A stretch of DNA of 62,922 bases, the filler included, from Basidiobolus meristosporus CBS 931.73 (lineage: Eukaryota > Fungi > Basidiobolomycota), in assembly GCA_002104905.1 (NCBI GenBank). It is 5 parts of 5 records of this genome, joined end to end, with 100 filler letters (N's around TTAATTAATTAA, not from the genome) between each part and the next. Parts side by side here need not be neighbours in the genome. Positions count along the whole stretch, not along the records: positions 1 to 9,916 come from MCFE01001312.1; positions 10,017 to 25,357 come from MCFE01001151.1; 3 more parts are not named here. One strand, 5' to 3'. Of the stretch, positions 1 to 11,699 are shown piece by piece (within the stretch, counting starts at the first letter, position 1; each line of letters opens with the position of its first letter). The notes beneath the pieces were generated by a model that had not been told where the DNA came from, did not search any database, and saw only the letters and a program-made list of their open reading frames with translations. Both the position numbers and the translations under genes were made by a program.

Positions 1-249
1 TGCCAACATGGCTGAGTGCCTAAGGAGTCCATGTTATTACCTTCAGTGGGTGCACTGTGAACATGGCCTTTTTTAGATGAAACTCTGCTAGTTGCACTGA
101 ATGTCAAAGCAAGCTGACATTCAACAACAGTACCCAGCATGAGTCTGGCAAAAGCACAAGATGCATGACTCCACACCAGTAGAAAAGTACTCCAAGGATG
201 CTTCATAAAGAAAAGCAAGCTCTGTACTATATCTACTGATGAATAATAT

Positions 250-797
250 GTTGTTATGGCTAGAGAAGTAGCATATTTCCACAAATATCAGTAATGGCGG
301 CTTTGAGTATTTACAACTACTACTTGCAAAAATCATTTCAGGATGCAACTTACCATGTGCATGATACATATGGACAACTGTCATGTGACTTGCAACATAA
401 GGCCCAGAGACCATCCTGATACCAACATGTGCTAAACATTGCATGGCACTCACATCAGAAAATACCACCACTGCAAGGTGCTCAACTTATCAGGAATCCC
501 CCACAATAGGAGAAAAACATGGCTCACACTCCAGATATATTCCTGTGATATCCTGCTTAAAGAAGCCCATGCAGTCCAACATATTTTGAAGCTATAAAGT
601 ATTGCACTCTGTATCAATTATAAGCAAACATTTGCAATATATTTGATGGCAATCATTACACACAACTAGAAGGCACAGGCTACTTTGAAGATATATATGA
701 CAATGCCTTTGCCTTAGCTTTTGATGGATTCTCATAAAACAGGTACTCCACCAGCAAATCCTGCTTGCCACCAATTCTGCTCTGCCTAAATCTGCCA
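250..797 (+). mobile_element. CACTA/EnSpm transposase remnant (copy 1), N-terminal Cys region and start of tnp2 domain
   Basis: Broken frames read RYIPVISCLKKPMQS...YFEDIYDNAFALAFDGFS...PILLCLNLP, matching Transposase_21 (PF02992) motifs; homologous to 3350-3900 (reverse) and 49200-49750. Confidence 0.75.
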
Positions 798-1085
798 GTT
801 GACTAGCCTTGGGCACAGTAGGACTAACATACAGCCCTAACTTTGCCACTTTCTTTCAGATCTATGACACTATTATAATTCCTCTACAGTCAAGATCAAA
901 TTGGCACTTTTACTAAACATTACTTACTGGCACTGAAACTGCTACCAAATACTCCTAAATGTTGAGATACTCTGCATAAATAGTGTTAAAGTTGCGCTGC
1001 TTCCACAAAGGTATAGATACTGAGCTTCTTTATGAATAAACAACAGTTCAACTACAATCATCATTTCTTGATAAGTTCCCCTATA
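798..1085 (+). repeat. LTR family D fragment
   Basis: Colinear with the reverse complement of the TSD-flanked TGTTG...CAACA unit at 22189-22557; includes the AATAAA at ~1035. Confidence 0.65.
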
Positions 1086-1449
1086 AAAAATAATTTGTTC
1101 CTAAAGGTAAATTCAATCAAGATCAGCCATCAAGATCTCATCATGAGACCATTACAGTACCAGCAGCTTGAAATTAATTACCGTCTACACAATCCTATAA
1201 TAAGAATACAACAGGATCTGGCTAATTTTACTGTCAAATAGAGTTGAAAAACATAATGGTGCTTGAATGGTGTTTTACAAAGAGTGGCATGGTGATATTG
1301 CGGTCTAAGTGTACTCTAAAACTCTTTGAGTGGATCCAACCTGCCAGTACATCCAATTGCCTTTTATGTCAAAGAACCTGATGGTGTTTTGACAGCCTCA
1401 CTGCAATCCTCTATTGGTATGATAATGGCAGTATGATGGCCTACCACTG

Positions 1450-4150
1450 GTTCTATATAATGCTACTGTATCAATTTACTAAATGATATTTCCTTTGTCT
1501 TCCTCCTCTTGTGCATTCAAATATTCTTTGTAGAATCACCCCTCTTTATTTGCTTACCCACTGCTACCTTGGGTATTCCACCCATAGTTCAAATCAAACA
1601 AAACCTTGGCCTCCTGCTCACTAGCCTCTAAAAATGCGCACACCTTCCCCATATAACATACTTCCATCAGCCCCAACCTTACATATTTATAGTGTGATAC
1701 TTGCAAAGATGCTTTATAGCTTGTATTGCTGGTAACATATACATTCTGCTAACATATGCTTTGTTGCTGCTACTTCTGCCATGAATACCTCCTGAACACC
1801 TGCAAAGAACTTTTTGATAGGTAGCCAAAGTATTCCTTCTCCCTGCTGGATTCTGGCCCCCTTTATAGACATGCTCCCACCCTTGTTTGTGTGAGTTCCA
1901 TATTAATTGATGTAAACATTGGCTTGTGACTGGGAGAAATCCGGCATAACTGGTTAAAGTTTCACTAATAATAATTAGTGGTTTGCTGTACCCAACCCAA
2001 CTTTGGATTACTAGACTGATTACCACATATTGCGGCTGCTTGGCTTCTTAATGCCAAAGGCATAGATGTCTCCATGTGCACATTTGTCCTCAGCATTTTC
2101 CAAATCTTCCAGGCTGTCTTCCATGTGCCTACTCATCACATACACGGCAGACTAAAGGTAAAATTCTTGATGAGATTGAGAAATGATAGTACCTGCACCT
2201 CAACTTGTCTTCCTATCTCCCTGCACATCTGCACCATAGAAAGCTCCCAAAAGGTGGAGCAAGGTTCAATATTCTCAACACACCAAGCAAGATGGAGTAG
2301 AGATTGTATACAGCAGCAGCAGAGATCTACATGCTTAGCTTTATGCATGTATTATAAAAGCACAAATCCCATCACAAACTCCTTGCACAAAAGCTGTAGA
2401 TGTGGTAAGTTGGCATTGCTGATCTTCTTCTGAAAAAATATTTCTACAGTGTCAACATATGACTCCAAAAGCTCTCAATAAACTCTGGGTAGAGACAGCT
2501 TCAGAAGGCTGCTTGAATTAATACATACCCATTTCATCCAGTCCTTGCCCTTGTATTTCTGCTAATGCATATGAATGTTGATTGGAGCTCATGAAAAGTA
2601 CTTAGGGTAATAGATACTCTGTACTATTCTGCCAATTATATCAAGTTTCTCCAGTATCTTCAAGGGCTCATTTAGCTTGAAATGCCCAATGTGCAACTTA
2701 GTCTTCAGTATAGGGATATTGTTGAAAAGAAAATGCATTGCTCCCAGTGGAAAGCTTTTGCTCCAACAGATACCCTCTATCTAAAATATCTTTGGTTACC
2801 AATTAATTCCATTTCTGGTCAATGGCTTAAAGCTTGCCAACTTTGCTGAAATTACATGCTGACTTCTGTACATTCTCTCTGTGGGAAGATGACATTCTTA
2901 GTGTTGGTGCTTGGATAACAATAATGCGTGTGGGTTATGGAGCAAATCCCCTGGATCTCACACATTTAACAGCAATGCCATCCATACTCTGCCAATGGCT
3001 TATAGCTTGACAACCTTGCTGCAATTGCATGCTGACCTCTGTATACTCTCTTAGCAGGAAGATGATGTTCTTGGTGTTGATGTTTGCGTAATAATAATGT
3101 GTGTGAGTTATGGAGTAAGTCTCATGGATCTCAAACATTAGACAGCATTACTATCCATTGTGCCCAGAAAAGCCAGCTATCTTGCTGATGGTGGGGTTAT
3201 CTCTAATGCAGATAATAATATGTGCTTTGAAATGGCAGCCATTTACTGCTATCCCACTGGAAAGCATATCAAATTCATCCAGTAATGGATACAGGTAGCT
3301 ATCCAGGTTGGACAGTTATTTATGACCAGATACTAGTGACACTAAAATCAAGTTCTGCTTAGATACTGTAAGACAAGTGACAAATTAAGGCTGATGAGAA
3401 TCAATGGCCAGCAGATATTGCTGGTAGCATTCTTGTTTATTGAGAATTCATCAAGCATTAAGGCAAAGGCCTGGTCAGACATACCTTGAAAATAGCCCAT
3501 GCTTCTTAGCTCTATATGATGTTTGCCATTGAATACATTGGATGCATTTGCTCTTGATTGATACTCAGCTTGGTACTTTATAGCTTCACACAGTTTGTTG
3601 GACTGCATGAGCTTATTTGGATGGGCATTACCAGAATATATCTGGAGTGTGAATAATATTTTCCCCCAATGATGGTGGATTCCTGACAAGTTGGAAACCT
3701 TGCAATGGTGACATTTTCTGATGTGATGGCCCTGCAACTGTTAGTACATGCTGGTATTAGGATGGTCTCTGAGTCAAATGTTGCTAACTTCATGATGGTT
3801 TTCCATTTATACCATACGCATGGTAAGTGCATCCCAGGGTGATTTTTGCAAGAAGTAGTTGAACCCCAAAGCCCCCGCTACTAATACTAGTGGAAATGCA
3901 CCACTTCCATAGCCACATCATCACATCATTCACCAGTAGATGGATTACTGGGCTCACTGGACGTCACAAAGCATCCTTGGCATTTTTTTTGACTAGTGTT
4001 GTCTCATTGCATAATGGGAGTTTACCAGGCTCACACAGGGTACTGTTGTTGGGAAGATAGGCCCACATTCTATCTGTGAGCCTGCTTCTTCAGAACTATC
4101 ACTCTGCATGCCATATTCACAAGGCTGGGGTTAGCCCAAATATGTCACAA
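1450..4150 (-). pseudogene. CACTA/EnSpm transposase, near full length but degenerate (copy 2)
   Basis: Ordered motifs on the minus strand: IPACTNSC..CQE (N-terminal Cys), FALMLDEFS, CWPLILISLNL, NLDSYLYPLLDE, RDNPTISKIAGFSGHNG, SFPLGAMH, YKGKDWMKW, SLLHLAWCVENIEP..FWELSM, YGEVCAF; many stops and frameshifts. Confidence 0.85.
2821..3165. repeat. ~173-bp internal tandem duplication within the CACTA transposase
   Basis: aatggcttaaagcttgccaac... at 2821 and aatggcttatagcttgacaac... at 2994; both encode the CE-I-x-G-x-x-SITHTHY segment. Confidence 0.8.
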
Positions 4151-4435
4151 ACTGACCTGGGCCAGTTTGCATAAGGAGACAAGTAGATTTAGGTGCCATT
4201 TTGGAAGTATCAAGTGGCTGGCAATATATTGTTGGTGCAGTAGTGACTGGTGTATGGTCACATTTGACTTGTGTGCAAATTTCTGACCAACATCCTAGTA
4301 TCATTTCCTATGCAGTCTGCATGCTTCATGGCTGAGAGGCTTGTTACAATAGCCACATGGTCTTTTTTCTCTTATGGTATTGAATCAAAGTAGTCTTGTC
4401 CATAGGGCAAACAGTCTGACACTCAGCAACATAAT

Positions 4436-4616
4436 AGACCTGTTCCACTGTGTCATTGATCATAGTGCCAGAAAGTGCTGTATATTTTGTTATTAATTTG
4501 ATATTTTAAGGTCATATGCATGTCAATTTTGATCCCAAATTGGCACAGTATGGCACCATCTGGCATGCTATGGCACTATTGGGCACTATGATCAGCTGGA
4601 ATGATAGAACAAGTTC
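4436..4616. mobile_element. Short MITE (181 bp) of the AGAC-terminal PHIS family, TSD AAT
   Basis: Starts agacctgttcc, ends agaacaagttc; AAT on both sides (4433-35, 4617-19); GGCAC/GTGCC-rich interior; absent from the homologous CACTA segment at ~44310-44330. Confidence 0.7.
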
Positions 4617-4859
4617 AATACAACTATATCACTTTTTTGTCAATACTCATGTGAATTTAAGACAGTCTTGTATTTGAGACATTGCACCTAAATGAATCTA
4701 ACATACAATGATGACCTGCCATAGAAAGCATTAAAGATAAAGTTGTGGCACCATATGCCCAAATATAGGTAACATAATTTTCCCTTTTGTTTGACTCACT
4801 TCCATATATGTGCTGCCAAGAAGTAAAGCAAAGTTACCTGGTTCCCAACCAAGCCCCAT

Positions 4860-5163
4860 TGATGTAGTGATGTATAGGTCCAAGGGAGAGATATGTCCAA
4901 CATTTCTCAAGTGTTTTGTGTGTGGGGTGTTCACTGGGTGTAATAACCTCTGGCAAAAGCTTGCTAGGAATACTTGGGTTCTGTCTTTAAACTAATGTGA
5001 TGGGGAATAAAGCCACAAGTATATCAAGGGAAAACTATTGAGCAACAATCCTCAACTTAGTTGGCATCTTAACAAAAGTATGTGCTGGGTTCAGAGTCCT
5101 TTGAGATGAAAATGTACTAGAGCTTCCAAAGTCAAAACAACTGTAAATTCCACCAACAGGGAC
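4860..5163. repeat. Unclassified repeat X (copy 1)
   Basis: Highly similar to 49835-50136. Confidence 0.7.
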
Positions 5164-5454
5164 TGGCATGGTTACCTGCCTAATATAGAAGCTCTTACAT
5201 CAAGTAATCTTACATAAAGTGAGGGATAACTTATGTAATATGGTAAGCAGATATTATAGTGTGCCGGCTTATGGGATAGTACTGATCAACTAAGACAAAT
5301 GCAATTAAATGATTTAAGTGTAATAGAAAGTATGGAAATCAGCACATTTGTCAGTGGGTGTTACTGTAACCCCACTACATCCACCCTCCTCTCTGCTCTG
5401 AGCTTTGGTTGAAGCAAACTAATCTAGATGTGCAAAATTCCTGTGCTTGAATAA

Positions 5455-6566
5455 CTAAAGTTGGTTACATGCAACTGGTGCTCTTGGCTGGGTGTTGTCA
5501 AGCACAGATATATAATAAATTCCATTTCCAATCACTTTGGAAATGAGGTAGGGGCCAGTCCATTTGTTGTCAAACTTCCAACTCCTTTGTTTGTCCAAGG
5601 TGGAATAATAGAGCAATACTGGGTCTCCAAGTGATAGTGGCTTTGGTCTTGTTGGATGTGACTTATCAAACGGTACTTGGTTCTTCAGATGTGTATCCTT
5701 AAGTTGTTCAGCAGCTTTGTTGATATTTAAGTCATGGTGATCAAGCTGCTGTATACAAGGGGCTAGGAGGTCTTCAGTGTTCATATTGGAATTCCAATCA
5801 AGTGAGTTCCAAGTGACTGCATCCAACTCAGCTGGTAGTATGCAGTCATGTCCATAGAGTAGCTTAGATGGCAATAATCCAGTTGTTCTCTTAGTGGTGA
5901 TTCTATCTTTCAAGAGTGCAAGAGATAACTGCTGTGGCCACGGTGTTGTATTATTCTTGCAGGTCTTGACTAGAATATTCACCAGTGGTCCATGTCTTCT
6001 CTCTACCATTCCAATGGCTTGAGGATGGTAAGCTGTAGTAAAAGCAATATATATCTTGTACTTTGAGCACAACTCCTTAATCATTTGGGATGTCATCTCT
6101 CCTCTGTCAGCAAGAAACTGTTGGATGCAGCCAAATGTGCAGATAATGTCTTCAAGTATAAGTCTCCAAATGGTATTGCTCTTGTTGTTGGGCAAAGCTT
6201 GGGCTTCTGCCCATCCACTACGGTCATCTCTAGCAACAATCAGGTAGTTCTTGGATTCAGCTGTTGGCATGTGGACAAGGTCAATACCAACCTTTTGCCA
6301 TAGACAGATTGTATAAGTAGGAGGCAATGGTTCTTCATAATGCTTAGAGGATCTCTTCTGGCAGCCCACATATGACTCACCAAAGTGTTGGATATCATAG
6401 TACATGCTTTCCCAGTAATACTTTTGAGCTGTGATATTGTAGATGGCTTCTTGCCCTCTACGTCCTCCTGGTTCTCCTTGTTGATACTTATCATTATGTT
6501 CAGTTGCTCTTGTGGAGTAGTGGCTACTCTTGTTGGTGCAAGTCCAGGCTTCACATGTTTAAACAA
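5455..6566 (-). pseudogene. Gypsy integrase (family 2), frameshifted
   Basis: WQKVGIDLVHMP...ARDDRSGWAEA (D), ADRGE (D), HPQAIGMVER (E), WTGPY motif. Confidence 0.9.
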
Positions 6567-6662
6567 AATGTCTTCCTTGAGATAGTAGTAGTGAGCATCC
6601 TTTCTTAATTTTCTGAGCTCACAAGGTTTAATCTTGCAAAGCTTCTTGAGTGTCCTTATATA

Positions 6663-7217
6663 CTAAATGATCAGACTCCAGGGAGTTCTCTCTTGGTCTT
6701 TGATGGCAATCTGCCATATCTGTGCATCAATCACATTGTCAAAGTGGGGGTTCAAGTCTTTAAACAATTGCAGTCCTTTCCTGTATAGTGCATCAGCCAC
6801 AACCCTTGTCTGGCCAGGGATATGTCTGACCTCAGAGTCAAACATCTTCAACCATGCCATCCATTGGTTATTGGCATCATCAGCTATGTCAGGCTTATTG
6901 AACATTCCTCTAAGTGGTTTGGCATCTGTCTCAAGGATGTAATTTGTCATGTAGAGATGTGACTTCAATTTTCTTAGCATCTTCACAACTCCTAGAAGTT
7001 CTCTCTTTATCTGAGAGTACCTTTGTTCTCTAGGAGAGAAAAGGCAGCTCTCATATTTGCAGGCATAGAGGTTGCCATCTTGGTGATCTTGACCTAGTAG
7101 TGCTCCAGCTCCTATAGGGATTGCATCAACCATCAATATAGGTGGGCACTGAGTGTTCTGATAATCAAGAGATCTTAGAACTGGTGGGGATACTAGGGCC
7201 TCCTTTAGTAGTTGCAT
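6663..7217 (-). pseudogene. Gypsy RNase H domain (family 2)
   Basis: VDAIPIGAGALLGQ...EQRYSQIKRELLG...ETDAKPL...RHIPG..VVADAL. Confidence 0.9.
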
Positions 7218-7322
7218 GGGTCTGTTTCAACAGCTTCCCAGTAATCAGTTGAGGGCTTGAGTAGCTTGCTATTTTTGAGGTCATCTGAAAGTGAGGTAAT
7301 GGATATTGTTTAGGCTGCAAAC

Positions 7323-7671
7323 TGTTGTAAGAGTCTTGAAGAAATTGGAAGTGATTTGGGAGGACAAGTAGATTATGTGGTTTTCAATTAATGATTTATG
7401 GAATGTAAAAGTAGTATTGATACTTTTACATGGTCTTGGTATTACAAACACATGCAATAGGCTAAGGAAGGTTCCAAGCACATATGTGCAAAGCTTGGGG
7501 CTGTTTGGACAATTTTGAGAATTTTTGTGTTCTGGGTACCTGGTTTTTTGGTGAAATATTCTTAGTAAATCTCAACAAGGAGTTTGGTCGGTATCCTCTA
7601 GAATTTGTAGGTAATGATCCAAGTGACTAAGTTGAGTAAGTATTTAGATGGATATTACAAATTTTACAACA
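7323..7671 (-). repeat. Solo LTR family B, TSD CAAAC
   Basis: TGTTGTAA...TTACAACA termini; caaac at 7318-22 and 7672-76; reverse complement of 35051-35395. Confidence 0.85.
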
Positions 7672-8289
7672 CAAACTAGGCTTCTTGTCAATGACAACTT
7701 CAGGCTCTTCAAATTGTGGTCTTCTAATGATGGGTTTAACAGGTTTTTCAGGTAGGTGCCTTTTGAAAGCAAAGGCGTCTATTTGTATTTTCAGCCACCA
7801 GGGCTGCTTGGTTTCACTGTACAATTCTCAAGAGGGGCATCAACTGTAATCTTTCTGGTTCTTGAGTCAGATTTCTGGAAAAGGGCTCTCTTCCCTCCTT
7901 GTCAGAAATTGATGGGGATCCTTCTTTCTTCTTTGTCTGCAAGCATTCCATTGGTACCAAACTGCACAGCTCCTTCTCTAAGTAGTTGATTAAGCTCTGA
8001 GCTTTCTCTTCTGGCATGCGGAGTAGAATCACACCATATGCAGTGTCTGGGTGAAGGTCTTTGGCTCTCAGTAGTTACTTTAGCTGAGCCATTAATCTTG
8101 AGGGCTAGCTTTTGCAGCTGCTCAGTAAGTTGGTCAATTCTGCCAGTGATATAGGTTTAATGGTCAACAACAACATGCTTTGGCCCCTTGGTCAACTGGT
8201 CTGGCAGTTTAAGCTTCAAGAGTCTCATAAAGATGGAAGTCTATTTTGCCTCTAGGAGAACATGTTTCATCTGTGCAATGCATGGAATG

Positions 8290-9030
8290 CCAGACTTGTC
8301 ATCCTTGGCTGCATTTAAGTCAACTTTCCAATACCTTCAACAGAATTATGGAACATCAATTGGCATACCAAGACAATTCAGCACTTCTTCCAAATCAGTA
8401 CTCAAGTAAACACACTTGAATGTTGCAAGGATTTATTGCAAACACTGGTTGATGAGGTGCTTGGCCTTGTAGCACCAGCTGAAGACCTGGACATATGTGA
8501 ATCAGTGATTTAACAATGGCATAAAGCTGTAGGGTTCCTGCTAAAGTCATGGAAGCAGAGTGTTACAGCAGAAATACTTATTGAGTGGCAAATTTTGATG
8601 AAGTTACTCATTGAGCGCAGGGTTGGGCTTATTGTTAGTATAGGGTGTATGGACTTGTATAGGTCAACACAATTGACAATTGAGGTACAATTGTAGCTTC
8701 AACTGAGATAAATCAACATGTACGCATGGAAAGTAAGAGAAACAGTTGAATTATAAAGTAAGGAGTGTGAAAACAAGGCAACAGCCAACCAATGTACACA
8801 AGCATGAGAGGTAATCAAGTGTTCAGGATCAGAAAGTGAGAAATTTGCAGAAAACCAATTGAAAGCCACTTTGCTATTGTTGTGATGAAAAACTTTGATC
8901 AAGTTTCTGTGAAATCTGGGGTGCAATTATAATTTGACAGTTGTTGCACAGTGTCCTAATGGGATCTATGTCTCTTAGTCATAGGACTTAGCGTTTGTGA
9001 TGGCCTTTTGACAGGATCAACACAATAATT
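8290..9030 (+). repeat. Repeat R1 (3' region associated with the CACTA accessory gene)
   Basis: Aligns with 33480-34200, 50920-51360 and, reversed, 45600-46080. Confidence 0.7.
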
Positions 9031-9269
9031 TTTCATACAGCTCTGTATATCAAGATACTGCTTAGATTGTAACAGTGCATTACTCAGGAGTGAAAAAGTC
9101 TCACTCCTTTGCTATGCTTAAATCCTGAATATTGGTGGACTTGAGATGAGATTTTTATCATTATCTGATGTCATTTATGGTGAGAATTGTGAATTTTTAT
9201 CAAACAATACAAACTTGGAATTGATCTGCTTCTTTACTTAGGTATGGGAGAGTTCATATGCCTTACTTT

Positions 9270-9720
9270 GATTGCAGAAACCCAAAAATAAGCCAAATAT
9301 TCTTACATGTTCTACACTTGGTCTGTATCCATACAATGCATCAAATAGAGTAGAATCAAAAAGTATTCTGCTGTAACTCCTGTTTTTAAGGCATAGCTGT
9401 GGCAACTAACTCTGCCTAAAAACTAAAGGATAATTTTTGATCATGGATTGTAGATCTTGTCAATTCAAATATTGATCTGTTTACAAGTTGTGCTACACCA
9501 TCTTGCTGTAGAGGGTATGAACCAGTAGTCTCTTGCTATATCTTATGAATTTTCCAGAAGTGGATGAACCATAATCAGGTATATTCTTTAACATTGTCAG
9601 AGCACATCTTCTAGATTTTTTCACCAGCTTCTCCCTCAACCATGGCTTTATACTCCCTGAGGTTGGACAAAGCTTCATTTCTTTTTTTTATGAAGTAAAC
9701 CTATATGTATCATTTACAAT
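9270..9720 (-). pseudogene. Ty1/Copia integrase remnant
   Basis: YKAMVEGEAGEKI*KMCSDNVKEY...QQDGVAQLVNRSI...YGYRPSVEHVRIFG; not recoverable from the ORF track because of stops. Confidence 0.8.
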
Positions 9721-9859
9721 CTTGAACAATGCTAATTAAATACCTTACCCCACCTCAGTAAGTGTTTGCATATGTCCTCAAAGATCTGAGTGCATAGATC
9801 TAATTATTTCTTAGTAATGACTAGCCCAGATATCTTGAATGGTTGTCTGGCATGTTTCC

Positions 9860-9916
9860 TGTTGAAATATTGGACTATTTGGTATCATTCAGCAGCTAAA
9901 AATTTACTTAACAATT
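9860..9916 (+). repeat. 5' end of an LTR family D copy running into the gap
   Basis: tgttgaaatattggactatttgg... is the reverse complement of 22501-22557. Confidence 0.8.
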
Positions 9917-10016
9917 NNNNNNNNNNNNNNNNNNNNNNNNNNNNNNNNNNNNNNNNNNNNTTAATTAATTAANNNNNNNNNNNNNNNNNNNNNNNNNNNN
10001 NNNNNNNNNNNNNNNN
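9917..10016. other. Assembly gap spacer
   Basis: 100 bp of N with a central TTAATTAATTAA. Confidence 0.98.
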
Positions 10017-11312
10017 AGCCAGGCTTTCCAAGTAAAAGTCAGACTTGCAGTTCTCAGATATATATGCCTATATGTCTTCATGATAGTCACTGATCTTCTT
10101 ACTTATTGGCTGGTAATACAGTTGACTATGTGAGAGTTCCCATCAGCTATTGAAACTGTAGTTGATTTTGTGAGTTTTGAGTTGATTCCAGCTTTCAATG
10201 CATATTGCTCTGATATGTACACATGTGATGCTCCTAAGTCAATTGTGATTTTGACAGGTACTTCCTTGACTACTCCATTCAAGTTTAATAGATCCCCTGA
10301 GTTTGTGGTCAACTGGGACAGGTAATTTCTGCCATATGGAAAGTAAGTTCTGGGTCTTTACCAAGTTCATCCTTCAGGTAACTATGCTCAAGGGGTTTAA
10401 TGTGGCTGGAGACTTTTGTTGACTGGAGTCCATTTCTTCTTTGGGGGCAGTACTTTGCAATATGTCCTTGCTGGTTGCAATCAAAGCATAGTCCTTTTGT
10501 ACATTCTTCTGTGGTGGGATTTTTCTGCAAAGCATCTATTTCTGCTGGCACTGCTTTCAGCTGCCTTCTTTGATCGTTATTTTACCCTCTCCAATTAGTC
10601 ATTGTAGACTTCCCTACACCAAACACAGCTGAGTCATAGTTGGTGACAGTTTTGATGGCTTCCTCAACAGTCCAAGGTCTTAAGTAATTCACTTCATTGC
10701 AAGTTCTTTCTTTCAGTCAATAAATAAAGTATTCAACTTGATCCAGGGGTTCTGCTCTTTAAAATTGGGCCAGGTAGACATCAACACTCATAGATGTATT
10801 CTTGAACCATTCCTTACTGTCCAAGTGTCTTTAGCTTCTGTCTTAATGGAGTATGCTGGCAGGGTGGTTCAAAGGCATCTTCTATTTCCAACACAAACTT
10901 ATCTCTGGTAGAGATAGTAGAGCATCCCATCATAGCTACTGACCTGATCTTAGTGTGATATCATTGTAAAGTTGCATCTGCCAGGTTAGAGGCTGTGTAA
11001 TGTAATCTGCTTTCTGAGGCTATTCCTTTAGCCTCAATAGCTTCTTCAATCTAAAAAAGCCAAGTTCTCAGGTTCATGAAGACTCTACCATGGTACCAAT
11101 TGACCTTTACATCAAAGTTGCTCTTGACAGGGTTTTGCTGGCACTGGGACATGGTTGCTATTTCTTGTTGTTGCTGGCTAAGGATTAGGAGTCACAGTTG
11201 CTGTTGGGCCAGGACTTGCTTTGTAGAACTGTTCCATTCTTGATTTCTGAGATCTTGAGAATATTTTCTTCCTTCCTCAAGGGGGGAGGCTTCTGGTGAT
11301 TGCTGCTACTAG
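10017..11312 (-). pseudogene. Gypsy family 1 gag (CCHC knuckle) and aspartic protease, degenerate
   Basis: CFDCNQQGHIAKYCP zinc knuckle; ITIDLGASHVYIS retropepsin motif; lies directly downstream of LTR-A on the minus strand. Confidence 0.85.
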
Positions 11313-11679
11313 TGTTACAGGTCTAGATACACAAGTTGTTGAGGAATAGGGAGTTAGCTAGTGTTGTATTTTTTGAAACATGATATGTATTTTATTGAGG
11401 TTTCAGCTGCTCCTTATACATATTTTACCAGATCAGTTGCTAATTAATTGTATTTCCTAATTTAGGCTGTGGCTGATGACTCATTTGATAGCATCATCAT
11501 TACCCAATTAAATCCCACTTAATATAACCATTTGTGCCTGATAAGGATCTGATAATTCAACTGCTAACTAACACTACTGATCTGATAGATAACACTGATA
11601 TACTGATAGAATAACAATAAACTAATTGATCTGACTAAAAACTGATCTAACTTAAAACCTCAAGCAGCAGATCATATCA
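11313..11679 (-). repeat. 5' LTR, family A (367 bp)
   Basis: TG...CA termini; aligns with 21953-22693 and, reversed, with the solo LTR 28177-28544. Confidence 0.85.
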
Positions 11680-11699
11680 AAGGTAGGCATTTGTTGACA

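Larger units (their letters stand above)
5164..8180 (-). mobile_element. Ty3/Gypsy family 2 element, internally deleted (PR-RT missing), with partial 3' LTR (family C) and PPT
   Basis: LTR start TGTAGTGGG on the minus strand at 5379, PPT gagaggagggtgga at 5380-5393, integrase and RNase H frames; 7236-7322 plus 7672-7760 align with the pre-protease region at 17160-17340. Confidence 0.85.

Noticed and set aside
9961-9972. TTAATTAATTAA palindrome, repeated at the centre of all four N runs
   Set aside because: Artificial all-frame stop spacer inserted in assembly gaps.
11295-11312. Primer-binding site next to LTR-A (minus-strand tagtagcagc)
   Set aside because: Too degenerate to assign a tRNA.
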